Shown here: positions 11,853 to 23,800 of the stretch, one piece after another
Numbering within the stretch: the first letter of the stretch is position 1
Layout of the letters: every line of letters begins with the position of its first letter
Program-made: the position numbers and the translations under genes
Origin: Mobula hypostoma
Lineage: Eukaryota
Direction: 5' to 3'
DNA length: 64,000 bases
Assembly: GCF_963921235.1 (NCBI RefSeq)
Contig: NC_086097.1
Coordinates: 43,278,001 to 43,342,000 of the forward strand
Notes under the pieces: generated by a model
What the model saw: only the letters and a program-made list of their open reading frames with translations
What the model was told of the DNA's origin: nothing
The model's database searches: none

Positions 11853-14800
11853 GTAAGATGATATTGGCACAGAAAGAGAAGAAGAATCAGCCGAGGACGC
11901 GGGTACTGTTATGCCGGCATCGTCTGCCATCTTGTGTACACCTGAGCGTCTGTGTGTGTGCGAAAATAGGCAGTGAAGATTTATTACCTTATGGCCCAAG
12001 GACATAGAGTTGGTGTGAATTAAAAGTCAATTGGCTTACAATTGTTGCAAACTAGTGTTTTGTTTAATGAAGTGCTTTTTCTCCCCAAGACTACCGCCTG
12101 ATAGCAAAGATAGGCGAGGGGACGTTTTCAGAGGTCTGGAAAGCACAAAGCTTAAAAGATGGGACCTACTACGCCTGTAAAAAGATGAAACAGTATTTCG
12201 AAAGGTAAATTCAAATTAATATAGCCACACTGTTACGAAATGTTATTAATTTCGTTTACTTAAACCACCGTGAACCTCAATTGATTATATAAATCTTGGA
12301 GCTGTCGTTGTCGAACTGATATTTGATTCATCTAGTACCTAATTATTTACAAAACAGTATTTGGTATAAGGAAATGTTTACATGTGGATGTTTTTCTTAA
12401 ATCAGAATATATGTTGATGTTAGCAAAGACAAGTTAATAGCAGTAAATTTTAAAATTATTATTACTTGTTAATTACAGACATCATTTGTTTAGCCTGAAG
12501 AAATGTGATTACATGTATTACAGCCTTTTAAAATTTCAAGTGCAATATATGGAGGCATGAATGCCCAGCATCACTTAACTTATACCTAGTTGTTGAGGTA
12601 GTAAAAGAATACAGTACATGAAAAACAAAAAAAAAACCCATGAAGAACAGATACTGCTGGATTTATTTCACAGATCAGCCATCAACTGTGGAAAGAAACG
12701 AAGATCAATAACTCTTTATCACTGTAGTACTGGAAAAGGGTATTTTATTTTACAGAAAGAACAAAAGGAATGTCTCTGATAAACCAAGGTTATCCAGGTG
12801 ACATGGGTGCTTTCAATACTCCCTAGTTAATCATGGCTAAACTATTTGGATGGGTGTAAATAGAGGACAGCCAGAGAAAATAAAATAAACTGGAACAGAT
12901 GAGGAACATGGCAATTACTGAAAATCCAAAATAAAAGAGAATGCTGGAAATATTTTGTATTTGTGGAGAGAGAAAAATCAGTGTTATGGATCAATGATCT
13001 GTCATCAGAACTGGCCAGTCCTGACACAGAAAGGAAAAACTTACCTGAAACATTTGATTCCTTGTTGAGTGTCAAGAGGTGGCTTTATTGCATGATGATT
13101 TTTGCTTTTGTTCAATCTGCAGGTGTGACTTTAAGCTTCCAATTGCCTGGCACCTTAATTTTCAATTCCATTCTCACTCTGATGTATTTCTGGCTTCCTG
13201 TATTGTCTTGACAAGACTCAATGTAGGTTTGATGATCAGCACCTTATCTTCCATCTAAACAAATTGCAGCCTTTATGACTCAATATCAAGTATATTAAAT
13301 TCATATATCACGCTTTTTCTGTGTGTATATGAGTGGGCCATATGATCCACGTGAATTGAATTGACTTTATTTCTTACATCCTTCACAAACATGAGGAGTA
13401 AAAAATCTTTATCTTGCGTCTCCATCTAAATGTGCAATGTATAGTGATTTGTAATAAATACTATGTACAACAGGACAATCAATATAGCATAGAAATGCAA
13501 TTGTATCAGCGTGAATTAATCAGTCTGATGGCCTGGTGGAAGAAGCCGTCCCGGAGCCTGTTGGTCCCGGCTTTTATGCTGTGGTACCGTTTCCTGGACG
13601 GTAGCAGCTGGAATAATTTGTGGTTGGGGTGACTCGGATCCCCAATGATCCTTCGGGCCCTTTTTACGCACCAGTCTCTGTAAATGTCCTGAACAGTGGG
13701 AAGTTCACATCTACAGATGTGCTGGTCTGCCCGCATCACTCTCTGCAGAGTCCAGCGATTGAGGGAAGTACAGTTTCCATACCAGGCAGTGATGCAGCCA
13801 GTCAGGATGCTCAATTGTGCCCCCGTAGGAAGTTCTTAGGATTTGGGGACTCATGCCAACTACTTCAAACGTCTGAGGTGAAAGACGTGCTGTTGTGCTT
13901 TTTTCACCACACAGCATGTGCAGTCTGTGTGAGATCCTCAGTGATGTGTATGCTGAGGAACTTAAAGCTGCTCACCTTCTCAACCCCAGGTCCGTTGATG
14001 TCAATAGGGGTTAGCCTGTCTCCATTTCTCCTGTACTCCACAACCAGCTCCTTTGTTTTTGCGACATTGAGGGAGAGGTTGATTTCTTGACACCACTGTG
14101 TCAGGGTGATGACTTCTGCTCTGTAGGCTGCCTTATTATTATTTGAGATTAGGCTAATCAGTGTAGTATTGTCAGCAAATTTAATTAGCAGATTGGAGCT
14201 GTGGGTGGCGACACAGTGATGGGTATACAGAGAGCAAAGGAAGGGGCTTAGGACTCAACCCTGAGGGGCACCCGTGTTGAGGGTCAGATGGGCAGAGGTG
14301 AGGGAGCCCACTCTAACCACCTGCTGACGATCTGACAGGAAATCCAGGATCCAGCTGCACAAGGCAGGGTGAAGGCCAAGGTCTCTGAGCTCTTGTCAAA
14401 TCTGGAGAGAATGATGGTGTTGAATGCTGAACTCTAATCCAAGAACAGCACTTTAACATAAGCATCCTTCTTCTCCAGATGTGTGAGGACGGTGTGTAGG
14501 GCTGTGGCTATTGTGCTATCTGTTGATTACATAGTTGTGTCAGTAGGCGAATTGTAGGGGGTCTAGTTTGGGTGGTAGCAAGCTGCAGATGTAGTCCTTG
14601 ACTAGCCTCCCAAAGTATTTGCTTATTATTGAGGTGTTATTAATCTGTTATTAATTCAAATTTTCAGTTTCTACAGTCACTGTCAAATTTGCTGGCCCTT
14701 TTTAACATTCTCCACTGATTTTAGTTCTTTGTAACAGCTCTTAGAATTTCACACATTTACATGTCTCTCTCACACTCTTTCTTTCTTTCTTCAATCTTTT

Positions 14801-17800
14801 TATTAGTTTCAACATCAAACACATTACAAAAAGTAAATACAGAGTAATTGGGATTATACTAATTGATAATAATTATTGAAATTTACAGTCGGGTAACACA
14901 TAGTTAGAAACATCCCAAAATCACACAGATTAGCAACAAAATATATAAGGAGTATACATAAAATACAAAAATATCATTAAAAAACAGAAAAAGAAAAAAA
15001 AATCCCCTAAAAAAAAATCTACCCAAACTAAAGAAAATTAAGGAAAAAAAAAGAAAGGGCTATTTTGATACCTCAGATAGAACCAATAGTGTCAGTGTCG
15101 CTGCTTCTGCTCCTCTCCCCATATATTGAAATCACAAAATAGATTTGGCAAGGGTCAAATTACATCATGTGGAAGTATTGAATAAATGATCGCCAAGTCT
15201 CATCAAATTTACTAGATGAGTCAAAAATGACACATAATTTTTTCTAGATTTAAACAAGATATAGTTTGAGAGAACCAATGAAATGTAGTAGGATACACTC
15301 TCTCGCTCTCTCTCACTCTCTCTCGCACACTCTCACTATCCTCATTAAGCTATCTACTAGGCAACTTAATAAACATGTTACCACAGCAAATCTGGCTTGG
15401 CCCTATCAATGATATTTCCTTTGGCCTATCCATCCCTCCTGTACTTTCTTAACAATTTGAAATTAGACTAGGACTCTGATAATCTCACAGTTTAGGGATT
15501 TTGCTGTTGCCAGACTGGCATGTTGGATATTACTAATACTGGATTTTAATTCTTATTAATGAACGAACATATTTAATTTACCCTTTTTAGATGTAACACT
15601 GTAGTATAATAGATTTTCCAGTATACCAAGTGGGTTTAGGGGGAGGAGGGAAAGTGGGGGGGGTGCGGTCAATGAAGTACTGGTATGTTTTTTAAGGGAA
15701 TAGAGCTGTGGTATGTTTATAAGAAGTGCGTAAAAAGGTTTCTGTCTGTTTATAAGTAGCATGAGAATATGGTCCTGGTGTGTTTTATGAGGAGCAGGGA
15801 ATAGCCTCTGGTGTATTTATAAGGTGTGTGGTAATGGGACTCCTGTCACTTTGTAAGGACAATGGGAATGGGAGCCCAGTGAATTTAAGAGGAGTGTGGG
15901 AATGGCTTCTGAGTAGTGCACTCTTGGAGTTTTACTCTAACTTGTTTTCTCGCTTCTGCTGTTTTGACAAAGGGTCTCTGACATGAAATGTTAACTCTGT
16001 TTTACTGTCTATTGCATTAATATAGCAAGTTGGTTACTCCTTTCTGATTTAGTACAGTGGATTCCAGTTAGTCGGGACACAATGGGACCAGTACATTTTG
16101 ACCCAATTAAGTGGCAGTCCTAAGTTTCTTGGAAATGGTTAAGGATGTCTATTTTTTTCAAAAAGACAAATACTGCTTAACTGGGCAACAAATTATGTAT
16201 TTAGATGAAATGCAGAGCAAAGTTGAAAACTAGCAATACTACAGTACTATAAAACTATAGTTTTGCTTAATTAATGATGGAGGAATACATCCACTGTACG
16301 CTGCCGTGATGAAGAAAATCAGCGCAGACACATAGTATAGATAATAGACGGCCTTCATGCAATGCTTTCAATGATTGCATTCTCCGAATCTTCATTCTCA
16401 TTGTAACATTTGAGATGATTGTCGATACCTTCAAACTCTTTGTAGTCCCTAACTTGTTGAAGTAGTGAAATCATTTCATTTTCATTCATGGCCATTTCTA
16501 GCATCTCCAAGCCTGAATGCTTGAAACTGCAGTGATCAAAACAATTCCAAATTATCTTATTACTTATTTCTCACCAACTACCAGTTTCAGAACACAAACA
16601 CGTGACTGATGCTATTCAGAAACTTCACTCTAAGCACTGTATAGTGTTTGACGGCCACACAAATATACGCGACTGACACTAGTTAACAACTTTGGCAACG
16701 TTCTCCTGTCCAAATTAAATGGCATAATGTTCCAAATAAACAAAAGGAATCCTGGCAACGCACATCAAAGTTGCTAGTGAACGCAGCAGGCCAGGCAGCA
16801 TCTCTAGGAAGAGGTAAAGTCGACGTTTCGGGCGGAGACCCTTTGTCAGGACTAACTGAAAGAGGAGCTAGTAAGAGATTTGAAAGTGGGAGGGGGAGGG
16901 GGAGATCCAAAATGATAGGAGAAAACAGGAGGGGGAGGGATGGAGCCAAGAGCTGGACAGGTGATTGGCAAAAGGGATATGAGAGGATCATAGGGCAGGA
17001 GGTCCAGGGGGAGAGGGGGAAAAAACCCAGAGGATGGGCAAGGGGTATAGTGAGAGGGACAGAGGGATAAAAAGGAGAGAGAGAGAAAGAATGTGTGTAT
17101 ATAAATAATGGATGGGGTACAAGGGGGAGGTGGGGCATTAGCAGAAGTTTGAGGAGTCAATGTTCATGCCATCAGGTTGGAGGCTACCCAGACGGAATAT
17201 AAGATGTTGTTCCTCCAACCTGAGTGTGGCTTCATCTTTACAGTAGAGGAAGCCGTGGATAGACATATCAGAATGGGAATGGGACGTCTAATTAAAATGT
17301 GTGGCCACTGGGAGATCCTGCTTTCTCTGGCGGACAGAGCGTAGGTGTTCAGCGAAACGATCTCCCAGTCTGCGTCGGGTCTTGCCAATATATAGAAGGC
17401 CACATCGGGAGCACCAGACGCAGTATATCACCCCAGCCAACTCACAGGTGAATTGTTGCCTCACCTGGAAGGATTGTCTGGGGCCCTGAATGGTGGTAAG
17501 GGAGGAAGTGTAAGGGCATGTGTAGCACTTGTTCCGCTTACACGGATAAGTGCCAGGAGGGAGATCGGTGGGGAGGGATGGGGGAGACAAGTGGACAAGG
17601 GAGTTGCGTAGGGAGCGATCCCTGCGGAATGCAGAGGGGGCGGAGGGAAAGATGTGCTTAGTGGTGGGATCCCGTTGGAGGTGACAGAAGATACGGAGAA
17701 TAATACGTTGGACCCGGAGGCTGGTGGGGTGGTAGGTGAGGACAAGGGGAACCCTATTCCTAGTGGGGTGGCGGGAGGATGGAGTGAGAGCAGATGTGCG

Positions 17801-20800
17801 TGAAATGGGGGAGATGCGTTTGAGAGCAGAGTTGATGGTGGAGGAAGGGAAGTGCTTAGTGGTGGGATCCTGTTGGAGGTGGCGGAAGTTACGGGGAATA
17901 ATATGTTGGACCCGGAGGCTGGTGGGGTGGTAAGTGAGAACAAGGGGAACCCTGTTCCTAGTGGGGTGGCGGGAGGATGGAGTGAGAGCAGATGTGGGTG
18001 AAATTATATTTTGTTCTTTAAGAGTTGACCCAAAGAGGCCGCTGTCCCGATTAACCAATAGCCCAGTTAATCATACAAAGATCCTATGTGACCAACCTCT
18101 CCCTATAACTCCGGCCCTGTAGTCTAGGCAGCATACTCGTGAATTTCTTCTGCACTCTCTCCATTTTGACAATGTCTTTCCTTTAACAGGGTGACCAAAA
18201 CTGCACACAATACTCCAAGTACAACCTTGCCAATAACTTGTATAGTTGCAATAAAGCGCCCTGCTCCTTAACTAGCACGTCGATTGGGAAAATCAGATTG
18301 GTAATGGATCTCAAGAGAGTGAGTTTGTTGAACGCCTATGAGATGGCTTTTTAGAACAGTTTATCTTTGAGCCTACGAGGGGATCAGCTATGCTGGATTG
18401 GGTACCTGTATTTTGTAATGAACCGGACGCAATTAGGGAGCTTAAGGTAAAAGAGCCCTTAAGAGCCAGTGATCACAATGTGGCTGAGCTCAGCTTGAAA
18501 TTTGACAGGGAGAAAGTAAAGTCTGATGTAGTAGTGTCTCAGTGGAGTAAAGGAAATTACAGTGGTATGAGAGGGGAGTTGGCCAAAGTAAATTGGAAGG
18601 AGCTGCTGGTAGGGTTGACAGCAGAGCAGCAATCGTGTAAGTTTTGGTGGAAAAAGATGTATTCCGAAAACGAAGAAATACTTCAATGGCAAAATAGTAC
18701 AACCGTGGTTGACAAGGGAAGTCAAAGCTATCGTAAAAACAAAAGAGAAGTCATACAACAAAGCAAAATTAGCGGGAAGATAGACCATTGGGAAGGTTTT
18801 AAAAACCCCAACGAGCAACTAAATGAACCATTAGAAGGGAGAAGATGAAATATGAAAGCAAGCTAGCAAACAATATCAAAGTGGATAGTAAAAGCTTTTT
18901 CTTTTTTGTAATTTATTTTTTATTGAAGTTCATCATCAAACATTTCCACAAGATGTATTTCAGATACTGTACATATATATGTATTCATATTTGTCACAAA
19001 GCTCCACATAATATTTATCTGAAGTATACACTTATAGAAAGGAGAGGAAAGAAAGAACAATTGAAAGAAGAAAACTATGTACGAAGTAGGGAGTGATTTT
19101 TTTTTTCAACATATTCATTGACTTGTGAGAATAAAATCAGGGCTATGAGGAGTTATGTAGTTAAACCATTTTTCCCTGTATGAATCAAATTGTTCCAACT
19201 TACGATTAACAAATGCTGTTATCTTCTCCATTTTGTAAATGTCCATTGTAATTTCCATCCATACATTTAAAGTTGGGCTCTCCTGTGATAACCATTTCCT
19301 GGTAAGGGTCTTTTTACCAGCCACCAGCAGTATATTCATTAAATAGTTATCTCTTTTTCAACCATTCTTAAGGTATATACCCAAAATATATGGTCTTACA
19401 CATATATTTAAGGGTATTTCACATTTAAAGATGTCTTGTAGGGCATTATGTATCCCACTCCAATAGTCTTTGATAACAGGGCATTCCCAGAAAATATAAT
19501 GGTTTGCATTTTGATTTCCACAATTTCTCCAGCAAACAGGGAGGTTACTATCATAATGGAATTGCCGAGAGGGTGTAATAACATATCTTATCAAATTTTT
19601 CCACTCGAACTCCCTCCATTTCTGTGACCTGGTACACTTCCATTGATACCTCCATATTATTGTCCAGTCTTCCTCAGATATTATTATCCCTCCTTCCTTT
19701 TCCCATTTTGTTTTAATGTATGAAGTCGAATGTGTTTTAAGATTTGACAAACCTTTATACATGCTTGAAATGATTCTACTACCGTTGTCTGAATTATGTG
19801 CTTTTCTAAATAGCTCTATTATCAGACATGTACTTGCCTTGGTTACATTTTTAACCGTCCTATTAACATACGGTCGCATCTGTAAATACTGGCAAAAGTT
19901 TTGTTTTTCTAATAAGTGTTTCTCTTTGAGCATTTCAAAACTGAACAGTGTTCCTTCTTTCATTATATTGCAAGTAGCTGTTATTCCTTTAGCTGTCCAG
20001 TCCTTAATTCTAGCATCCAGTTTATTCGACGTAGAATCCAAGTCATATGCACACCATTTAAGAATTGCAATGTCTCTCTCTAGTTTATATTCTTTTATAA
20101 TAGTTTTCCATATTTTAAGAGTCCATTTCATCCACAGGTTATCAATGGTATTTATGTAACTTTGTAGGTTGTTATCAGCCAAAATTGCCTGTATGGGGAT
20201 GGAAAGTATCCTCTCCTTAATGTTTTTCCATTGAGTGTCATATGATGGGTTGTACCAGCATATCACAGCTCTCAACTGTGCTGCAAAATAATAATCTCTA
20301 ATAGAAGGTAGGCCCCATCCCCGCCCCCTTTTCCTTGGCTAATTGCAAAATTTTGAGATGAACTCTAGACCTTTTACCTTGCCATATATATCTTGATAGC
20401 ATCTTGTTCCAATCATTGAATTGATTTTGGTTAATCTCTATTGGTAGGGTCTGAAAGAGATATAACAGTCTGGGCAGTATCTTCATTTTAATAGATTCAA
20501 TCCTTGAATTGAGACCAAGAAAAGGAATTAGGTTCCATTTTGTTATATCTTCCTTAATTCTTTTTATATATAGGCTGATAATTGCATTCTGATAAATTTG
20601 CCAAATCTTTTGGCATAATGATGCCCAAATATTTGACAGACTCTGTTTGCCATGCCCAAGGATATCTACTTTCAATTTCTCTTGGTGGGCTATAGTTATA
20701 TGAAAGTAGTTGGGTTTTATCTATGTTGATCTTGTATCCTGATAATTGGCCATATTGTTCAAAGGATTGCATCAATTTAGGTTGCCCTAGACAGATCAAA

Positions 20801-23800
20801 ATGTCATCCACGTAACAGGCCAATTTATACTCTGTTGCTTTAATAGTAATTCCCCTGATATCTTCATTTTGTCTGATGTATTGAGCTAATGGTTCCAGAT
20901 ATAATGCGAAGAGTAGCGGTGACCATGCACAACCCTGTCTTGTGCCCCTTTCTAGGGTAAAACTATTTGATAAATATCCATTGATTTTAATCCTAGCAGT
21001 AGGATTGTCATATAGTGCCTGTATAGTTTTAATAATTGTGTCATATAGACCAAATCTATGTAAAACTCTGTAAAGAAAATTCCAATTAACCGAATCAAAT
21101 ACCTTTTCAGCATCCACGCTTATCACTATTGCTTCAATTTCATTTTCTTTTAATGTGATCCATAATGTGAAGTGTCCTTCGTATATTGTCTTGTGTTTGG
21201 CGTTGTTGTATAAAACCTGTCTGATCATTATGTATCAGTGTGGGTAGAAACTCTTCTAATCATTTGGCCATGATGGAGGTAAATTTTCTATAATCCATAT
21301 TAAGAACAGATAGTGGTCTAAATGACCCACATTCCATTTTATCCTTGGCTTTTTTCAGTATAGCTGAGATTATCGCCTCCTTCCAGCTGGGTGACATTTG
21401 CGCCTTTCTTAGGGCCCAGTTCAGTGTGGGGAATAAAACAGGAATTAACTCACTTCTAAATTCTTTATCCCACTCCGCCATATATCCATCTGATCCTGGT
21501 GACTTGCTTAATTTAAGCCTACTAATTGCAGTTTTTAGTTCAGCTTCAGTTATGTCAGCAGTCATTGTTCTTTTTTGTTCTTTGCTTAAAGTGGGTAACT
21601 CTAAAGAATTCAGGAAGGTGTCAATTTGGGTTATGCTTCCCCCGGAACTGTGGAATATAGAGTTTTGTAAAACATTTCAAAAGCTTCTTGAATTTCACTT
21701 AGCTTTTTTTTATCACTTTTGTTCTTGGATCCCTAATTCTATGAGCTGTATTTTCTGCTATCTTTTTTTTTCAGTTTCCACGCGAGTATTTTCATTGATT
21801 TAGATCCGGTTTCATCGTGTCTCTGTTTCAGAAACATTAAATTTTTCCTAATTTCTTGTGTAACCAAACTATTAATTTCATTCCTAATTTTTAAAATTTC
21901 CTCCAGTGTATCCTGTGCCAAACTCAATTTGTGTTTTTTTTCTGGTTCCTTCAGCTTATTTTGTAATTCCTCTAATGTTTTATTCCTTATTTTTTTCTTA
22001 TATGAAGATATCGCTATAATTTTCCCTCTTAAGACAGCCTTCAGAGTATCCCATAGAATGGGAGGTGAAACCTCTCCATTATCATTGAATTCTAAGTAAA
22101 GACCAATTTCTTTTTTAATTTGTTCCTTAAAATAAGGATCATTGAGTAGACTTGAATTTAGTTTCCAAATAGTATTCTTTGGTTGTCGGTCAAAATCAAA
22201 AGATAAATATATAGGTGCATGGTCACTTACATCTGTTGTCCCAATTCCACAGGTGATTATTTTGCCTTTATCTTTTCCAAATGTTATGAAATAGTCTATT
22301 CTTGTATATATGGAATGGGGTGAAGAATAATGAGTGTAATCCCTTCTGTCAGGGAAAAAGTCCCTCCATATATCAATTAGACAAACATCTTCAAAAAGAG
22401 TGTTAACTTTCTTGTGTAAGGACTTTGTTTCATAAGTTTTTCTATTGGAAGAGTCTAACTTTGGTTGTAATTCTAAATTTAAGTCTCCCCCACATATCAA
22501 GAGACCTTCTGTTTCCATTACCATAATATTAGTAATTTTCTGGAAGAAACTAATATCACTTCCTGGGGGTGCGTATATATTCAATAAAGTAACTGGATTT
22601 CCATCTGTATTCCCCCTTACCAGAATATATCTGCCCTCCTTATTTCCCATTTCGAATACTTTTTCAAAATTTAGCTTGCTTGAGCTGAGAATAGCAACTC
22701 CTCTTCTATGTCCTGATTTGTATGAAGAGAAGAACAAATTAGTGAAGCCCATTCTCTTTAATTTTCCATGCTCATTATCACTTAAGTGAGTTTCCTGTAA
22801 ATATACTACATGGGCTTGTTGTTTTTTCATTTTTAATAGAATTTTACTGTGTTTGATTGGACTCAACAGCCCATTGACATTAAAAGAAATGAATTTTACC
22901 TTGTCCTTAGCCATGTGTATTTATCTGTTAGTATATCATTGAAATTTGCAGAATATAACTTAATCGATCTACTCCCTGAACAAATAAGAGCCAAGAAATG
23001 CGAATAATAAAAAAAAAAGGTAACAAAGGTGTGATTCTAAGGCTGGGGTCTCTAGATGACCCTGGATTGAGCTAGAAAAAACATCTAGCTGTGGTGAATA
23101 GCCCCTCCTACCTGTGGGTTGAGGGCCCCCGTTGCAGTACCTATAAAAGTAAGTAAATAAAACTATGTCCATTTTACAGAAATGATTTCCCCGTGTATTC
23201 CTCCCATGTATATATTCTCACTTAGCTGGGGAAAAAGGAGTGAATGAATAAAAAAAATTGAGTAATATAAAATCCACATTATAATGCGTATTTCTCGAGA
23301 TAGGTGTATCACCGTCTATTTTTGCTTCCGTTTAGTTTATCAGCACTTTTAAAATTAGCCAAACCTTATGCTCTTCTGGAGGAGGTGAGAGCTGTCTTCG
23401 GAGAACTCACAGTCTCTTTGTAATATCCTTCTCTCGTCCTCCTCCCATCCCCTGCTTTCTCGGTTCTCTTACTATTTCCCAAACACATTGGGATGTCTGC
23501 TCAGCCAGGCTTTCCTTCGGTCTGACCACGCTAATGGGCAGCGCTCTGTTCTTCATGTCTGTAGTTGCCTCTTCCACCGTCTGATATAGCTGTATCCCTT
23601 CTTTGTAAAACACCCTCAGTTTAGCAGGGTTTGGAATTTAGTCTTTTCTTACTTTAATATTCGTTTCGCTTCGGAATATTTCTTCCATTTCTGTAGGACC
23701 ACCGGGGGATAATCTTGATCGAAGTATATGAACTTCCCATTCCAAAACACCCTCTTCTTACCCCAGGCCCTTCGTAGAATCTCCGCCTTGCTCTTGAATC

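Larger units (their letters stand above)
11560..12000 (+). promoter_or_regulatory. CpG island / MOK promoter and 5' UTR
   Basis: Non-repetitive GC- and CpG-rich stretch (e.g. gccgccgccgcccgcgtccg) surrounding the MOK start codon in an otherwise CpG-depleted window. Confidence 0.85.

Noticed and set aside
15600..15930. Degenerate purine-rich minisatellite (ggtRtRtttataag-like)
   Set aside because: Period too irregular to define, and no evidence of function.
16683..17160. Pro/Leu-rich and Gly/Arg-rich ORFs (also at 9132, 31652, 36860 and 46366)
   Set aside because: Translations of pyrimidine-rich Penelope 3' UTRs.
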